Assembly (NCBI GenBank): GCA_016748015.1
Contig: JAAOMT010000036.1
Span: 4,856 to 62,832, forward strand
Length of the DNA stretch: 57,977 nt
Direction: 5' to 3'
Source of the DNA: Geosiphon pyriformis uo1
Lineage: Eukaryota; Fungi; Glomeromycota
A model generated the notes under the pieces. The model was not told where the DNA came from. It ran no database searches and worked only from the letters and a program-made list of their open reading frames with translations. Of the stretch, positions 37,694 to 51,547 are shown piece by piece. Numbering within the stretch: position 1 is the first letter of the stretch; each line of letters opens with the position of its first letter. The translations under genes were made by a program, and so were the position numbers.

Positions 37694-40460
37694 TTTTTTC
37701 CCATACATCTCTAATTCTTCAAAGAGCCCAATTTTTGCAAAAAAGTTTAATTTTGGTTTTTCTGCTATATTTCAAGAATTCAACTCCTTTATTATGGGCT
37801 TGGCATAACATTATAACTAAGAAAAAGTTGGCTAAAGATGTTGTCTTTGGTTTTATTAGTAAAAGTTTTACTTAAAAGCACAAAACATCTGTTGAAAATA
37901 TTAAGCATTCTGAAAATAAAGCTGATTTAGAGTTCAAAATACCATTGGGTATTATCAAACAAATCCAATATATGAAGATAAATACAGAGTTTGAAACAAT
38001 AAGTTCTTTAAGTTTTGATGTTAATTATAATATTAGCAATAAAAATAAAATAATCTTAAACTTAAAAACCAATACTTCTAAAGTAAAACAATTTAATACT
38101 GACAAGTTGGCTAGTTTTTTTTTTATTTTTTAAGCTTTAATATTAATAATAATAATACAAAAAGAGCTCTTCTTTTTTAAATACTTTTTTTTTAAATAAA
38201 AGATATATCAATTTCTAGATTATTGAAATTTTTGTAAAAGTTTTCATTAATAATTTCTATGTATTAAACATCAATTTTCTTGCTGTAAAAGATAAATCAA
38301 CAATGACTAAGATATAAGTTGCTAAAAAAAATTTTACATTGATAAATAGTTTTAAGAAAGCTATTATTTTCTTAAAATTTAAAAAATCATTTTTACATCA
38401 AAAAAAGTTTAAAAAAAACTGTGGATTTGGCTTTTAAAATAAAAATAAAATAAATAGTAATATTAAAAAACAAAAAATTTATTCAGATTAAACTGTAATT
38501 ATTAAAAAAAAATTTATAAATGTTAAAAAAAATAATTATTTCAGTTTTATTTAAGTTTGGTTAAATAATATTAATCTGATTACAACTTATTAAACTATCA
38601 CAAAAAGCCATGATAAAATTTACCAAATTAGAACAAATTAATTTTTTAGCATCTAAATAGTTTATTTTAATTAGAAAAAATTCAGTTTATATAATCAAAA
38701 TTATTAGAAATTATAATATTTGGTTATCTAAAAATTGTTTTTGTTTATTTTGCTTATAAGAATAACTGCACACAATTTTGGTATTTTGTTAAATAAAACT
38801 AATAGAAAAACATATTTTATTAATTATTTATTTGATATTAGTACTAAAATATATTGTATTAATATGTGTTTTAAATCAAAAAAAGCTTTAAAAATAGTTT
38901 ATTACACTATTTTAATGTTTACTTATATAAATTTATTTTGAATAAGAATTAATCTAGTTTATTATAAAAAAGTATAAATACTTTAATTATTTAAATATAA
39001 AATACAAACTGTTTAAATTTATTGTCTTTTCCTAAAAAAATTTATATAAATTTTTTTTAAATAAAAATTATCTTCAATTAATCTATTTATATGTTAAAAA
39101 AAAACATTTCTATTTTGTAACCAATAGTTTTTAAAAACAAATTTTGAGTTCAAGTGGTTTTATTACTTTTTATTTTAAAAATTAGTTTGTTTAAGCATTA
39201 TTTTGGCTTTTTTTTGCTTAATTTATCTTTATTTGGTGTGATTAATCCTCTGTTTTACTTTGTTTTTTCTATGTTTAATTAGTTAAACACTTTGGAATAA
39301 TTTCTAAAAATTCTGTTTAATTAAATTTTTAAATTTTTTTGGTAATTAGATTTTTTTTTGATAATATATTTTGACTTTTTATCATTTTTTATTATAATTA
39401 TGACTATAAAAAATTGCTTAATTTCAAATATTATTGTAAATAATACATGTTTTTCATTTTTTTTACTAATAATATCATTGAAAATTTCTTATATTTAGCT
39501 TAAAGCTTTATATTTTCAAAGTTAGTGGTCTAAAATTTAAAATATTTACTCTTAAAGTTTTAATTAGTTTATTTTAACAAAGTTAAATTAATTGTATACT
39601 AAATTTTGGTTTTTTTTATCTATTTCTTAATAATAAATCTTATTTGAAAAGTTGCTATATACAATATTAAAAATATTAATATATTTGTAAAACAAAAAAA
39701 TTTTATTAAATAACATATTAATATAAATAATGTGATTTTAATTATCATAAAAACTAAGTTAAAAATTAATATTAAACTTTAAATTATATATAAATTTAAT
39801 AATATTTAAATATTTACTTAAAGTTTAAAGTTAAGTTTTTTAAGTTTAATATAACTTAAATAATTAATAATAATATTTTTACAGTTTTAAGTAGTAATTT
39901 TAATAAAAATTGTATTTATTATAACTATTGTTTTAGATATTAGTCTTTTGAACTTATTTTTTAATAGTTTAATAGTAAAAGTTCTAATATAATACAATTT
40001 AAAAAAAGCATAAAAAATAGTTAATTATATTTTTGTTAATAAATCTTTAATTATAGCTATGATAAATTAATATGTTTATAGAATTTCTGAATTTTTTAAT
40101 TATGATCACAATATTGTATTTATGTCTTTTTGTACTAAAAAATTTGTTGGATATTTGTTTTTTATTATATGAAAATCTGATAATAAAAGTTATTGAAAGT
40201 TTAATTTTAAAAATGCTAATTTAATCAAATAAAATTGTTCAAAGAATTTTTTTCTTTGTTAATTATAAATACATCTATTTTTTTAAGAATATATATTAAT
40301 ATAATAACTTAAACAAAATATAAAATATTATTAAAGATATTATGCTAATAAAATATTTGGCAATTTATAAGTTAAAAATTTCAATAATAATAGAACTAAA
40401 TAATTATCAATATTTTATAAGCTAGAATTTTTGGTTTCTAAGATTATTAAAAAGTTAAAA
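37694..40460 (+). mobile_element. Old hypermutated LINE relic (5'UTR, ORF1, endonuclease part of ORF2), related to the 41263-48030 element
   Basis: NINFLAVKDKSTMTK, LQLIKLSQKAMIKF and LFILLIRITAHNFG...RKTYFIN align with young ORF1. NLI*KVAIYNIKNIN, KIVNYIFV, EFFNYDHN and FYKLEFLVSKIIK align with ORF2. Confidence 0.8.
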
Positions 40461-41400
40461 AAAATTTTAGTGTAAATATTAGCAGGTTTATAAAAGTATA
40501 ATGTTATTTTGTTCTTTTTGCTTAATATTACTAATATTATTTTGCTGTTAATTTTGTTGTTAATAGAAGTTAGTAAACTTCTAATAAGTTAATTTATTTT
40601 ACAAAATATTTTTTTTTACTTTGAACTATATATGCTGTTAGATTTATAATAAAATAGCCAATTCTATGCCAATTATTTTGTGTAGTTATTTTACTCTAAA
40701 AGTTTTCTATAATAAGTCTTAACTATAAGCTATTTAATAATATAAAAATATAAAAAAAAAATTGAATAAACTAAAAAAAAGAATAATGAAATAGGTTTTA
40801 ATAAAGTTGTTTTTGGTTTAAATTCGAAAATACTAACAGTTATTGAAATTAATAGCTAATTAATTTCAAAATATTAGTTTCAATTCGGTAATTTCGAAAC
40901 AGTAATAATTAAAAATTTGGGTTTTTAAGATGAATTTTATTTGAATTGATTTGTAGTAGTTTTTTAAACAGAAATTAATTCTAAAAAAAATTATTTTAGT
41001 TAAGATTAATTTTCTTAAAAACTCTTTTTTTATACAACTTTGTTATAATATTATTTTATGGTCTAGTACTTTTTTTTCTAATATTTTAGCAAACTAAATA
41101 TATATTTCATTAAGCTACAAGTTATTTTTGCAAATTATCAATTATTTTCATGCATTTATTAAATATTTCGGTAAATTTCAAACATTTTAGCAAATTTATA
41201 AATATTATATAATTTGGGATATTGCATAATCTAATTATTACAATTTTATATATTTGTGTTTTTTTTTTTTTTTTTTTATTATGTTTTATGAGTGAAGTCC
41301 AAACACTACCTAGAGCTATACATCAAAGAAATAACATAAACTAAGTGTGAATCATGCTCTTTCTACATGCGACCAGCCACTCAGGCCGATCAGGATAACA

Positions 41401-44400
41401 CTATGCAGCTATATGTACCGAAACAGAATTACCAACACCAGAAAAGAAAAAACATTGTTTACAAAAGCCAAAATGAATGTCAAGAGCTTTAGCCATACCA
41501 AGTAGCCTAATGATGCCAGCCAAGAACCTAAAAGCCGAGCCAGGGACCGAGATAGAAACTGAACCATCAAGTGAGATGAGATTATTTTTTTCCATGAATG
41601 CACAATGCTTAACCTAAACCAACCAAATATCATTCCTAAAAGCAAAACTAAGAGAGCACATAAACTCAACAATATTTGAACTAGCAACCTTGTGAGATTT
41701 GAAAACAGAGACAGTTTCATGAAGCCACTCATTAAAAACAAACTCTTTAAAGAGAGCCATAAATACAAAGACATCAGAGGCACAAAAAGACAACAATTAC
41801 AGCATGCAGGAGGAAGAGAAAGACAGGCCAGAAAGCACCCTCCAAGATTTCGAACATGTATCCAGTATCTGAAGATGTGCAGAGTCATCAACCTTGTAAG
41901 AAAAAGCATGATCTGATGTCTCCACCTCACCACAATATAAGCACAATACGCTGGGGTATCTTCTGTTATATAGGCATTTACGAACAGCAACAGGCAGCCA
42001 GTGGTGCAATGTCTTTATGAAAAAACTGCACGCATCTGTTATGGGCTTGCTAGTGTGGCCAGCGGCCATGTGTGAATCAGGATGCCATACCAGTAAGGAG
42101 CAGGACCAATCAACGTCTGCAAACAAACTGGCAGGCAGAAATTTAGAACCAGAACCAACCTTCCAGTGTGCACAACTGACGGAACAAAAAATATCATGAA
42201 CAAAATACCTAGAATTACCAGAAACAGCCCCACTGTCTGCCAACAAGAAGTGCGCATGCAATTGAGAAGGAAGAAACCAGCCTGAGTGAGAAAAAGCCCC
42301 AGCTATAGCATCAGCATGTTCATTTCCAATTACACCAGAATGACCTTTTACTTTGTGCCATTCAACCATCAAATTTTTGCCATAAATAACATTTACAATA
42401 TGCTGGCGTTCGACCCAACAACAATTGCAAAAATCCAGATGCACCAGACCCAATTCCGACTTGCAAGCATCCAGAGCAGCTTGACTATCAGAAAACAGAC
42501 AAACAAAACTAGAACAGGGAACACACTCCAGTGCCAGTGCAATAGCTTGCATTTCCACCAAAGTAGAAGACAGCAGACCCAAAACTCCAACACTCAAACC
42601 CAGATCAATGTTACTGAAAAAAACTCCAGCCCCAGCTGCGCAATTCTTAGTACCAAAATTTGTTAGAGACCCATCCATATAAACAGAAATGCTACTAGAA
42701 AGAACTTGGGAAAGCTGATCACGAACCAACACAAAGCCAAGAGAGGCAAAAATACTCTGAAGACCCACATCAACCAAAGCAGAAGAAGGGGCACAAGGAG
42801 AAAACGTACCAGACAAGAACTCAACAGAAAGCATAAACCACTCAGGAGTCGGGCCACGGGGGTTCAACCTCTTCCACCACTTGAATTTGTACCAGTCAAA
42901 CACAGCACCATAATGATTACAGAGTTGGTCAACAAAGGCAATGCCATATTACTGAAATAAAGGAAGGAACCTGACAAATCTAGACTCACTGAGAATGGTA
43001 GACATGGGTATTCTACCACAAAGCTGAAATGGACTATCAACAAAACCACTCAAAGATAAATTGCAATCGAGGAGAACACAAACAACTCCCATTAAAAAGT
43101 TATTCAAAGAGCTGACTCGAACATAAACAGGAACACTCAAAAGATGAACAGGGCGCTAGCATGAAACTTGTAAGTCATGAAACCTGTGGAAGAATAGGCA
43201 ACCCAGGATTCTCACTGAGTTTGCAAAACAAATAAGGGAAGTGACTTTACTCTCTAATTGAATCTGGGCGAAAGATTTCAACCCATAGAATGGATTGTGT
43301 CACTAGGAAAATCAAGAGGTAATTCAGACTTAGATTTCAAGCCTCTGCAAATCAAAACATCCTACTTATTACACACATTGACAGGAACAAAACTAAACTG
43401 AGTCCTATAACCGATGATGGGATGGAGGACAGCTAACACTAAATATAGAAATTGTTTGTGCAATATGGCCTTTCTTAGAACCAAGTTGATAAAAAAACAA
43501 ACATCTGAATGTGCCTTTGCCAGGCTGGGCTTTGACAGTCTCTCAGATGACACAAAGATACTCAGATAATAATGTGATTCGCCTGATTTAGCTATTGAAA
43601 TAGGGGACCCACTGATGAAAAAAGAAAGTACACTGGCACGGCTATTAATTGGAATGGCCACTGTCTTATCATTATTAATAGAAATATTATTGATGTGGAA
43701 AAATTCACTAGCCATATTAAGAATGTATTGAATGGCAGTCTGACTGCTACCCACCCAGATTGTATCGTCCATAAAAGCACCAGCAGCAAAGAAAGATGAC
43801 AAACCAGCCTGAGACTCCACACGGCCTGTTTTAGCAACGAAATGAGAGTTTAACTTGTAACCATATACACTTTCCTGCCTCTTAACTTCGCACAAGAAAG
43901 GATCATAAAATATACACCAAAGAAGAGATAAAAACACCTCCTCTTGGTCCAAGCCATCGTGTACATGATAACCATTCATCAACCCAAAATCAGTCATAAC
44001 TCGGTTGGTACAACCATCATGAATATTCCCAAAAAACCTAATAAACCTGCAGCACATTTTTATTCTAACCAAACTTTTCTTAAGATGATCCCAACCGACC
44101 AAGTCATATGCTTTCCGCATGTCTTGTAAAACCAGCCAGAGCTCCCGGTTTTTTTCAAGAGCATCCTCGATTACCGAACCAATCGCAAAAATGGGAGACT
44201 GAGTTGTAGTGTCTTTGAGAACTAAAAAATTGTCCTCATGAAGAATGTCAAACTTGCTATATGCCAAAGAGATTCTATCAGAGAGAATCTTAGAAAAAAT
44301 TTTTCAAGCCATCTCAATCAGAGCAATAGGACGAGTGTTTGTGAGCATGCCCTTCCATTCATAAGGTTTGGGAATCATTGACATCCAGGCTTCCTTCCAA

Positions 44401-46061
44401 GCACCAGGCACAGACTCACCACAAAGACAAGAATTAATGAGCACCAAGAGCATATCAAGAACAGATTTGTCACAGTGCTTCCAAAGTTCATTGAAGATGC
44501 CTGAGAGACCAGCAGCCTTTCCGTCAGGTAGGTCAGAGACCATGCCAGACATCTCATCAAAACTAACACAGCTTATCACATCTGAAAAAGCACCATCAAA
44601 CACGTAATCCAATGGCTGATATTGGCGAGACCAATTTTCCGGAATATCAAGAACCACTTCATGTTTACGAGTCCACCCCTTCATAATCTCATCCACTTTT
44701 TTTTTAACAGGATCAGGTTTCAAATACAGCTCATTACCAACGACCAAATGATCCAAAACCACCTTGTGAAAAGGCCTCTCCAAGACACTTCTAATAGTAT
44801 GACTCTTGTTAGATTCAAAGCTCTCCATCCTCTTATCAATAGCAGATCTGATTTGTGAATCTTTAGCACGTTTTGATTCTGACAACTTTGAGGTACGATA
44901 AGACTTCCTGGCTTTGGACAGAGCTGAATGAATGTTGTCAAAAAGAGACCTCACTATAGCAGCACCAGCAGAATCAAGCGATTTCCAAGTATCAAGCAGT
45001 AATACGAACACATCACAATCAACAGAATGGGAAGCCTTAACCAACTTGGACACCAAAAGTTCTAACTTATGGAACCTGGACGAATGCTTAGTGAAAACGC
45101 TGTCATAATCTTTAAACCATTTTTTCCTGAAAACTTCACTCGCCAAAAAGCTCATTGTTTTCCAAATAGCATCCCACATCGCATCCAAATCCGACAGTTC
45201 TTTGGCGGCCAAGAAATCATCAGAGAACATGGCAGCATTCACTGCCATGGCCTCCCTGAATTTCAACCACAAGGCAACACCAGCATTCTTAAAATTGTAC
45301 TTCCAACGATCCCTATTGGCCTGCTTGCGAACAAAACACAAATGTGTATCCAAGAGACCACCTAAACCAATTGACACAGAGACAGCATAATGGTCAGTAT
45401 CAAAGAAATTGGACACATGCAGAACATCACAATCCACAATAGCATTGACCAAATTGGGAGACACAAAAAAATAATCAATTGTTTTCGTCACACCCTGGGA
45501 ATTACTCCATGTTGGAACTTTCACAAATAGATTACTGACAAAAAAGTTGACCAGACCCAAGCTACCACACTTTCTGAAACTGGCACTTTTACGCAAACCA
45601 TCTTTATTGAAGTTACCACTTAAGACCACAAAGGATGATTTATTCACAGCACTAGTGATCAAAGCATTCATGTCATCAGCCTGAGAAAAGCGCACCAAAG
45701 CTGACATGCCAGCATATAGACCCAAAATAAAAACCGAGAGTTTATTCCTAAAAAGCAACTTGATAGAAATAAGATGACCAGGAACTTCAGAAATTTTGCA
45801 CACATGCTTGGCCAGAGAATTGTTTATAATGATTACCACCCCAGAACCAAGATGACCAGAATTCAAACCAGAAATGAAGATCCAAACACCATTGAATTTG
45901 CTAGCAATCCAAGGCCAAACCTTATCTTTTAACTTCATCTTAGTAACAATTGAAACTAAATTGTTCTTATCTCTGTGCCAACATATAATGTCCTCTTGCT
46001 TTGCTGAATTGTTCATTCCCTTAACATTACACGTGGCTATTTTCCATACTAAATCATTCAT
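41401..46061 (-). pseudogene. LINE ORF2 (AP endonuclease, reverse transcriptase, RNase H, C-terminal zinc finger)
   Basis: WKIATCNVKG, SGNFN, TIDYFFVS, DTDH (APE). TRPIAL, LQDMRKAYD, GLDQEE, AFMDD (RT). VYMDGS, VEMQAI, FSDSQ, KVKGHSGVIGNEHAD (RNase H). CLYCGEVETSDH (zinc finger). Stops at 44304, 43362, 41797 and 41614, with further lesions around 42900-43360. Confidence 0.92.
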
Positions 46062-47899
46062 TGAGATACAAAAAAGACTGCAGAACCTGAGCCAGCACAC
46101 ATTTGATCTAACTTCCCTAATACCAAACAAACTGAAACTTCGAGAGCCATCAACTTTGACTCCAAACAGCCCACTTTTGAAGTCAGAATTTTTGAACTAC
46201 TCGAACCCATACTTGAGGCACCAGAGAAAACCGAAGAAGGAGGAATAACCACAGAATTAGGTTCATCCAAAACCATATCCGAACCAAATTTCATATCAAC
46301 CGAACCAGGGGCAATCAAAGGCTGAGAAGAGGAGGCGAAAGCCAAGGGCACCAGGCTTAAACTGTCAAGTTTGTCAATAATACCAGACACCTTATCCATA
46401 AGAAGTTCCAAAGAGTGCTTCAAAGAAACAAGACGAATTTCCAAAATCAAACTAACAGAACCCGTAAGAGACGAGTAACTAACCAAACCTAAGGTGCTAG
46501 AAAAAGAGCCAAAACCAGGACCAGAAACAAAGTGAGGACCATTAGACAAAGATGCTAGAAAGACAACCTGGGCCCATGACTTGCCACCAAATGCAGCCAG
46601 TTTGGAAATAAACACACTCTTTTTTACATATAGCTTGGCCAACTGGAAGCAGTTCTCATTAGAAACAACCTTTTTAAATAACTTGGAAAGTTTAGGAGAA
46701 TGTGAGATCTCAGCATTACACTCCAGAACAGAATAACCAAGTTTCCCATACCGTTCACACTGAATTATGTCCAATCTAGCCCAAGAAAGTTTCACCCTAC
46801 CAAAAACAGACTCCGTACGAAATGCAGACTTCAAATTCTCATCATTCTTAAAACAAACCACAGCACAATGAACCCTGTTACCAGTGTCTAAGAATCAATT
46901 TATGACACAAGTTTTTCTACCAGCTCCTGCCAAAAAATTGCCAAGATCATGAGCCATTGTTCCCACCAGCAAAGTAAACAAAAGCACTCTATACCGATCT
47001 CTAAATGCCCACATCTCACAATCCTTTACAGCTTTGGCCACATGTACAGAATTTTTCCCAATTAAGAATAACCACTTAGCTGCCAACTGATCTGTCTGAC
47101 TTGATTCGGCAAGCTTCACCACAGCCTTTTGCCACAGCCCAATGAGTTGCAATCAGATTGACACCACTTGACCAAATTCGGACACTGCGGCAATGATCAT
47201 TTCTTTTGGCATATCTATGGAAATTTTTTTAATGACTACAGCCCAATCTGAACAAACTCCTTGTCTCTTAAGATTGTTGTTTACCATGATGTCATTTTCC
47301 CTGGCCAATGAAGTGGTCTTTTCCATGCTTTCTGATGAAGTAAACGTTGATCTGATGATCTCTTCAAATTTTGAGGGGGTAGTGGCCCTCCCAAAACCAT
47401 TGATTCGTGAAAACAATTTCCTTATGACCTGAGTTTTAGTCATCGCCAATTTCCCTTCTACAGCCAAAAGATTAATGTCCAAAGTGAAAGATTTCTTCAC
47501 AGCTATTTCCACCTGGGTTTTAACAATTTTGGGGTCCACCCACACTTTTTCCAAAGAGAAAGACAAATGGGGGGGAAAAGAAACTTCCTCCTCATCATCC
47601 ATGTCATAATTAATAGAGCTGAGAAGGGAACTGATAACTGCACCAGTATTGAAACACTTCGCATCGGGCATATTCATTTGGGAGTCAGAAGTGCTTTTAC
47701 CATCAGAGGTTTCTCCATTCATATCCATGCTAGCAAAATGTCCATTTGCACAAACAGACCCACCATCCTTGAGATTCATATTTGTGCCAGAAACTTTAAT
47801 ATTACTGAGAAACTTTCTGACTTTCTGAGTTGAACCTCCACCAACTGAACTAGTGGTTGAAACTCTGGCTGACCTTCTCTTAGCTTCAGGCTCACTCAT
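46058..47899 (-). pseudogene. LINE ORF1 (gag-like, degenerate CCHC knuckle)
   Basis: Three same-frame ORF pieces separated by TGA at 47153 and 46895. Knuckle CERYGKLGYSVLEC. The stop codon overlaps the ORF2 ATG. Confidence 0.85.
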
Positions 47900-48241
47900 A
47901 GTGGCAGCTGGTTCAACAACAAAGGGGTTTGTTTCTTGTGAAATAGTGAAAGACAGTATGCAAAATAGAAAAAACTTCTTTTAAAAATTTGGCTCTTTTT
48001 CAGGAATTTGAGACGAAGGAAAGAAAGAAGTTTTTGTGTTTTGTTTAAATTAGATTATTAACTGTATAATAATTTGGATAATTTAATAAGATAATATATA
48101 CTAATTTACTAATAAAAATTATAAGGATAATTTTATGCTAATTAATAGCTCAAATTTCTACTAGTAATAATAAACATATGTGGATAATTCAGTGGCTTCT
48201 CAAATTTAAAACATTCTTAATACAGAATTGTATATAAACAG

Positions 48242-51200
48242 TAGGGTTTTTATTGAACCAAATCGAACCAAACTTTGGGTGTTGTTCAAGTTTGGTTCGA
48301 ATTACAAACTGAACTTGAACTGAACCAATTTTTCAAAGTAGGTTTAGTTTAAGTTTGGCATTAAACTTTTTTGACAAGTCTAAGTTTGGTTCAAAGTTTA
48401 TGAATTTGTTCAAGTTTGATAGAATTAAAAAAAGATATAACTTGTATTACTTGTTTATTAATTATTACTTTGTTTAATTACTATAATCAGTTAAAAAGTA
48501 TATAAAACTATGTATATATAACAACTTCACTCTTCAACTTATTAAAATGAATTTATTGTCAGTATTATTCAATATTACTGAAGATTCAAAATTCAAAATA
48601 ACAGAATTTGATAATCTAAATAGTCTAAATATTAATATATTTGATAAACATAGTTTTCAGAGCGAATTATAGAACTATTTTGATAAGTTTGAGTGGATAA
48701 AAAAAAACAGCTAAATGTACAGTCTTAAAATATGTGCATAAACTATTTTTTCATAGAATTACGGAAACTACCAAACTCTTATGGTGCTATTTAGAGGCTT
48801 TTTACTAGACAGTATATATTACAACAGAAAAATATCATAAGAAAAACAAAATGTTCAAAAAAATTGTGAGTTAATTGAAAAAATGTTTTGATAAGTAAAA
48901 TTACTATTTTTTTTTATAATTTTTGACCAATCTAACTAAAAAACTGCTTTAGCTTTCTGTAGTAACTGCTATTAATATTGATAATAAAAAACTTTGTAAC
49001 ATGATTACTATTTGGCTTATCAACTGCCAGTGATTACTTTTTATAATAGAAGATCTTGAATTAATTAAAATATTCTAATATTTGAACCACATTTCTCAAA
49101 CTGCTTGTGTTAATATAATTAAGAATAGAATTATAGAACTTTATGTCTTAAGTAAACAAAAATTAAGAGTAAGCACTACTTTATTATAAAATGTCTCTTT
49201 TTTTTACCCATATTTATAATGTAATAAACATACTTAGATATTATCAAATTTAAAATTTTCTTTTCATTAGATCTCTGGACATTTTTTAATAACAAAGTCT
49301 TTGTCTTTGTTATTGCTAATTATATATATAACAATTGGGATCTTCAATAAACAATAATAAATTTTGGATTAATAAGTAGATAACATAATAAAATAAATAT
49401 TGTAAACAGATTTTTTAAAGTATTAAAAGATTATAGAATTACATCAAAGGTACAAATATATATTTTTGCATAAATTTAAATTAATTAATAGCCAATGATG
49501 AGATTAGCATATCATGTAGCATATTAATATTATCTGAAACTCAAAGTTACTATAGTGCTCATATTATTAAAAATTGTATTTTCTTATTGTTAGTTTAAAT
49601 TGATTTTTATCATTGCTTCAAAGCTAAATTTTTGGCATTAGTATTATTTAAGACTCAGAGTTATTACAGTGCTTATATTATAGAAAACTGTATTTTCTTA
49701 ATGTTAGTTTAAGTGGTTTTTATCATTGCCTTAAGCTGAATTTTTGACCAAAAAAATTAAGAAAAAAGTTTAAAAAAGAGTTATACTTACTTTTTTTTTA
49801 TATAAGTTTACTATTAATTTTTTTTTAATAGTTTCTTGCTATTATTCTCAATAATGCTGCAAATAATGATACTTTTATAAAAGAGTTAGTAAGAAAATTA
49901 GAAGAAAAAACATTTAATAGAATTCAGAGGATCTTTGATTTTAATGTTTTAATCATATTCTAAACTTGGCAATACAGATAGTTTTAAATAAAATAAAAGA
50001 TAATGTTTCTAATATATTTGTTAAAAACCCAAACCAAATATATTTATTTGAAATTTTTTTAATGTAAACTTTATATAAATTAAAGATTAAAGAACTTAAC
50101 TTTGCAATCCATACTTTGCCTTAATGTTTTGAGCTTCTTAAATGTGTTTGTAATGTATGTCAAATTAAATACTGTAAACTTATTCTGAATTGTTTTACTT
50201 GGTAGAATTCTATTTATGATATGGTCAAGAATAAATTATCTTTTAAATCAGAAGCTATTTATTTCTAATTTTATATATTTTAAATACAAAATTTTAACTG
50301 TAAATTTATAGACATTAAACACCATTACTAACACTAATATTGATCTTTATCAATATGCTATTTCACATAATCAGTGGACTGTTTTTAATAAAATTGCTAA
50401 ATTCCTTGAATAATTTAAGAATATTATGATTAAAATGTTAGCCAGTTCAAATAATACTGCCTCTTTTATTATTCTTCTTTTTAATATCATTTTTAATCAT
50501 GTCGAAAATATGATTAATGATAATAAATTTGGTAAAGCATTATAATCTTGATTGTATTTATTTAGTTATTTATTTAACACATTTAATATTAGATTTATTA
50601 CTTGTTATAACAGCTAGGGCAACAAGAAAAAAGGTGGCTGAATATTACTCTAAAACAAATACAACTATAATGTTCTGTTTGTATTAAATCCAAGAAAAAA
50701 ATTCTATTATTTCATAAAGAAGAAATTTTCAAATAATAATATTAATAAAATAAAAGAATTGTAAATTAATAATTTATTTAAACAATTTTATATTCCAACT
50801 CTTACATAATAAATAAATCGTTAGAATGTGTATTTTTTTTGAAATGAAGTATACATTGGACATTATACAAACATTAAATAACAGTTTTTTATTGAATAAC
50901 AATTTTAATGATATTATAGCATTAGTTACTAATCCATATTAGAAACAGACTTTGATAATAATGATGAAAAAAAACTTAACAAAATTAATTATTATATCTC
51001 TGAAAAAGTGACCAATAGGAAAATAAATATAATGACATAATGGAAGATATATTATAAAAAATATTTATCTAAATTAATATTTTATTAATAATTTGATATT
51101 TAGATATATTAAACACAATTTTCTTATTTTACATATATGGCTCATAATTATTTGGCAATTCAAAAATTATTTGTTGTTTTTGAATACATTTTTTTTGCAG

Positions 51201-51539
51201 ATGAGAATATAATTATAAATATGAAGTCTTGCTTAGTGCCTAAAACTATAAGAACAGCATAGTGTCTTCAATCATAAATGCAAAAATCATTGAAAAAAAA
51301 ATTAAATAATTATATAATACAATATAATGTTTTTAATAGTCAAATCTGAACATGTTTATGAATTTTAAACTAAACTTGAACCAGACTTATTGTATCTGTT
51401 TGGGTCTAATTGAAGTTTAATAATTTTAAGTTTGATTCAATTTTGAGTTCAAAATTTTGCCAAATTTTTTGTTTGAGTTCAGTTTAGCTTGGTAGTTCAA
51501 TTGAACTTAAACCGAATTAGACCAAATATTGAAATCCTA
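48242..51539 (+). mobile_element. Complete decayed hAT (BED-finger) DNA transposon, ~3.3 kb
   Basis: Exact 8-bp TSD ATAAACAG at 48234-48241 and 51540-51547. Termini TAGGGTTT/AAATCCTA with GAACC/GAACT subterminal repeats. Relics KTAKCTV..TTKLLWCYL (BED), FSFSLDLWT, LAIILNNAANND and LAIQ...LVPKTIRTA*CLQS (dimerisation). Confidence 0.9.
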
Positions 51540-51547
51540 ATAAACAG

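Larger units (their letters stand above)
41263..48030 (-). mobile_element. Full-length (~6.8 kb) non-LTR retrotransposon (LINE), ORF1 + APE-RT-RNase H ORF2, inactivated by point mutations
   Basis: Poly(A) seen as T19 at 41259-41277. Candidate TSD TTTGTGTTTT at 41253-41262 and 48033-48042. Two interrupted ORFs. Confidence 0.93.

Noticed and set aside
40792-41233. hAT-derived MITE (TAGG...TCTA)
   Set aside because: No matching 8-bp TSD and poor terminal identity.
41409-47833. Many short overlapping or antisense ORFs within the LINE
   Set aside because: Alternative-frame shadows of ORF1 and ORF2.
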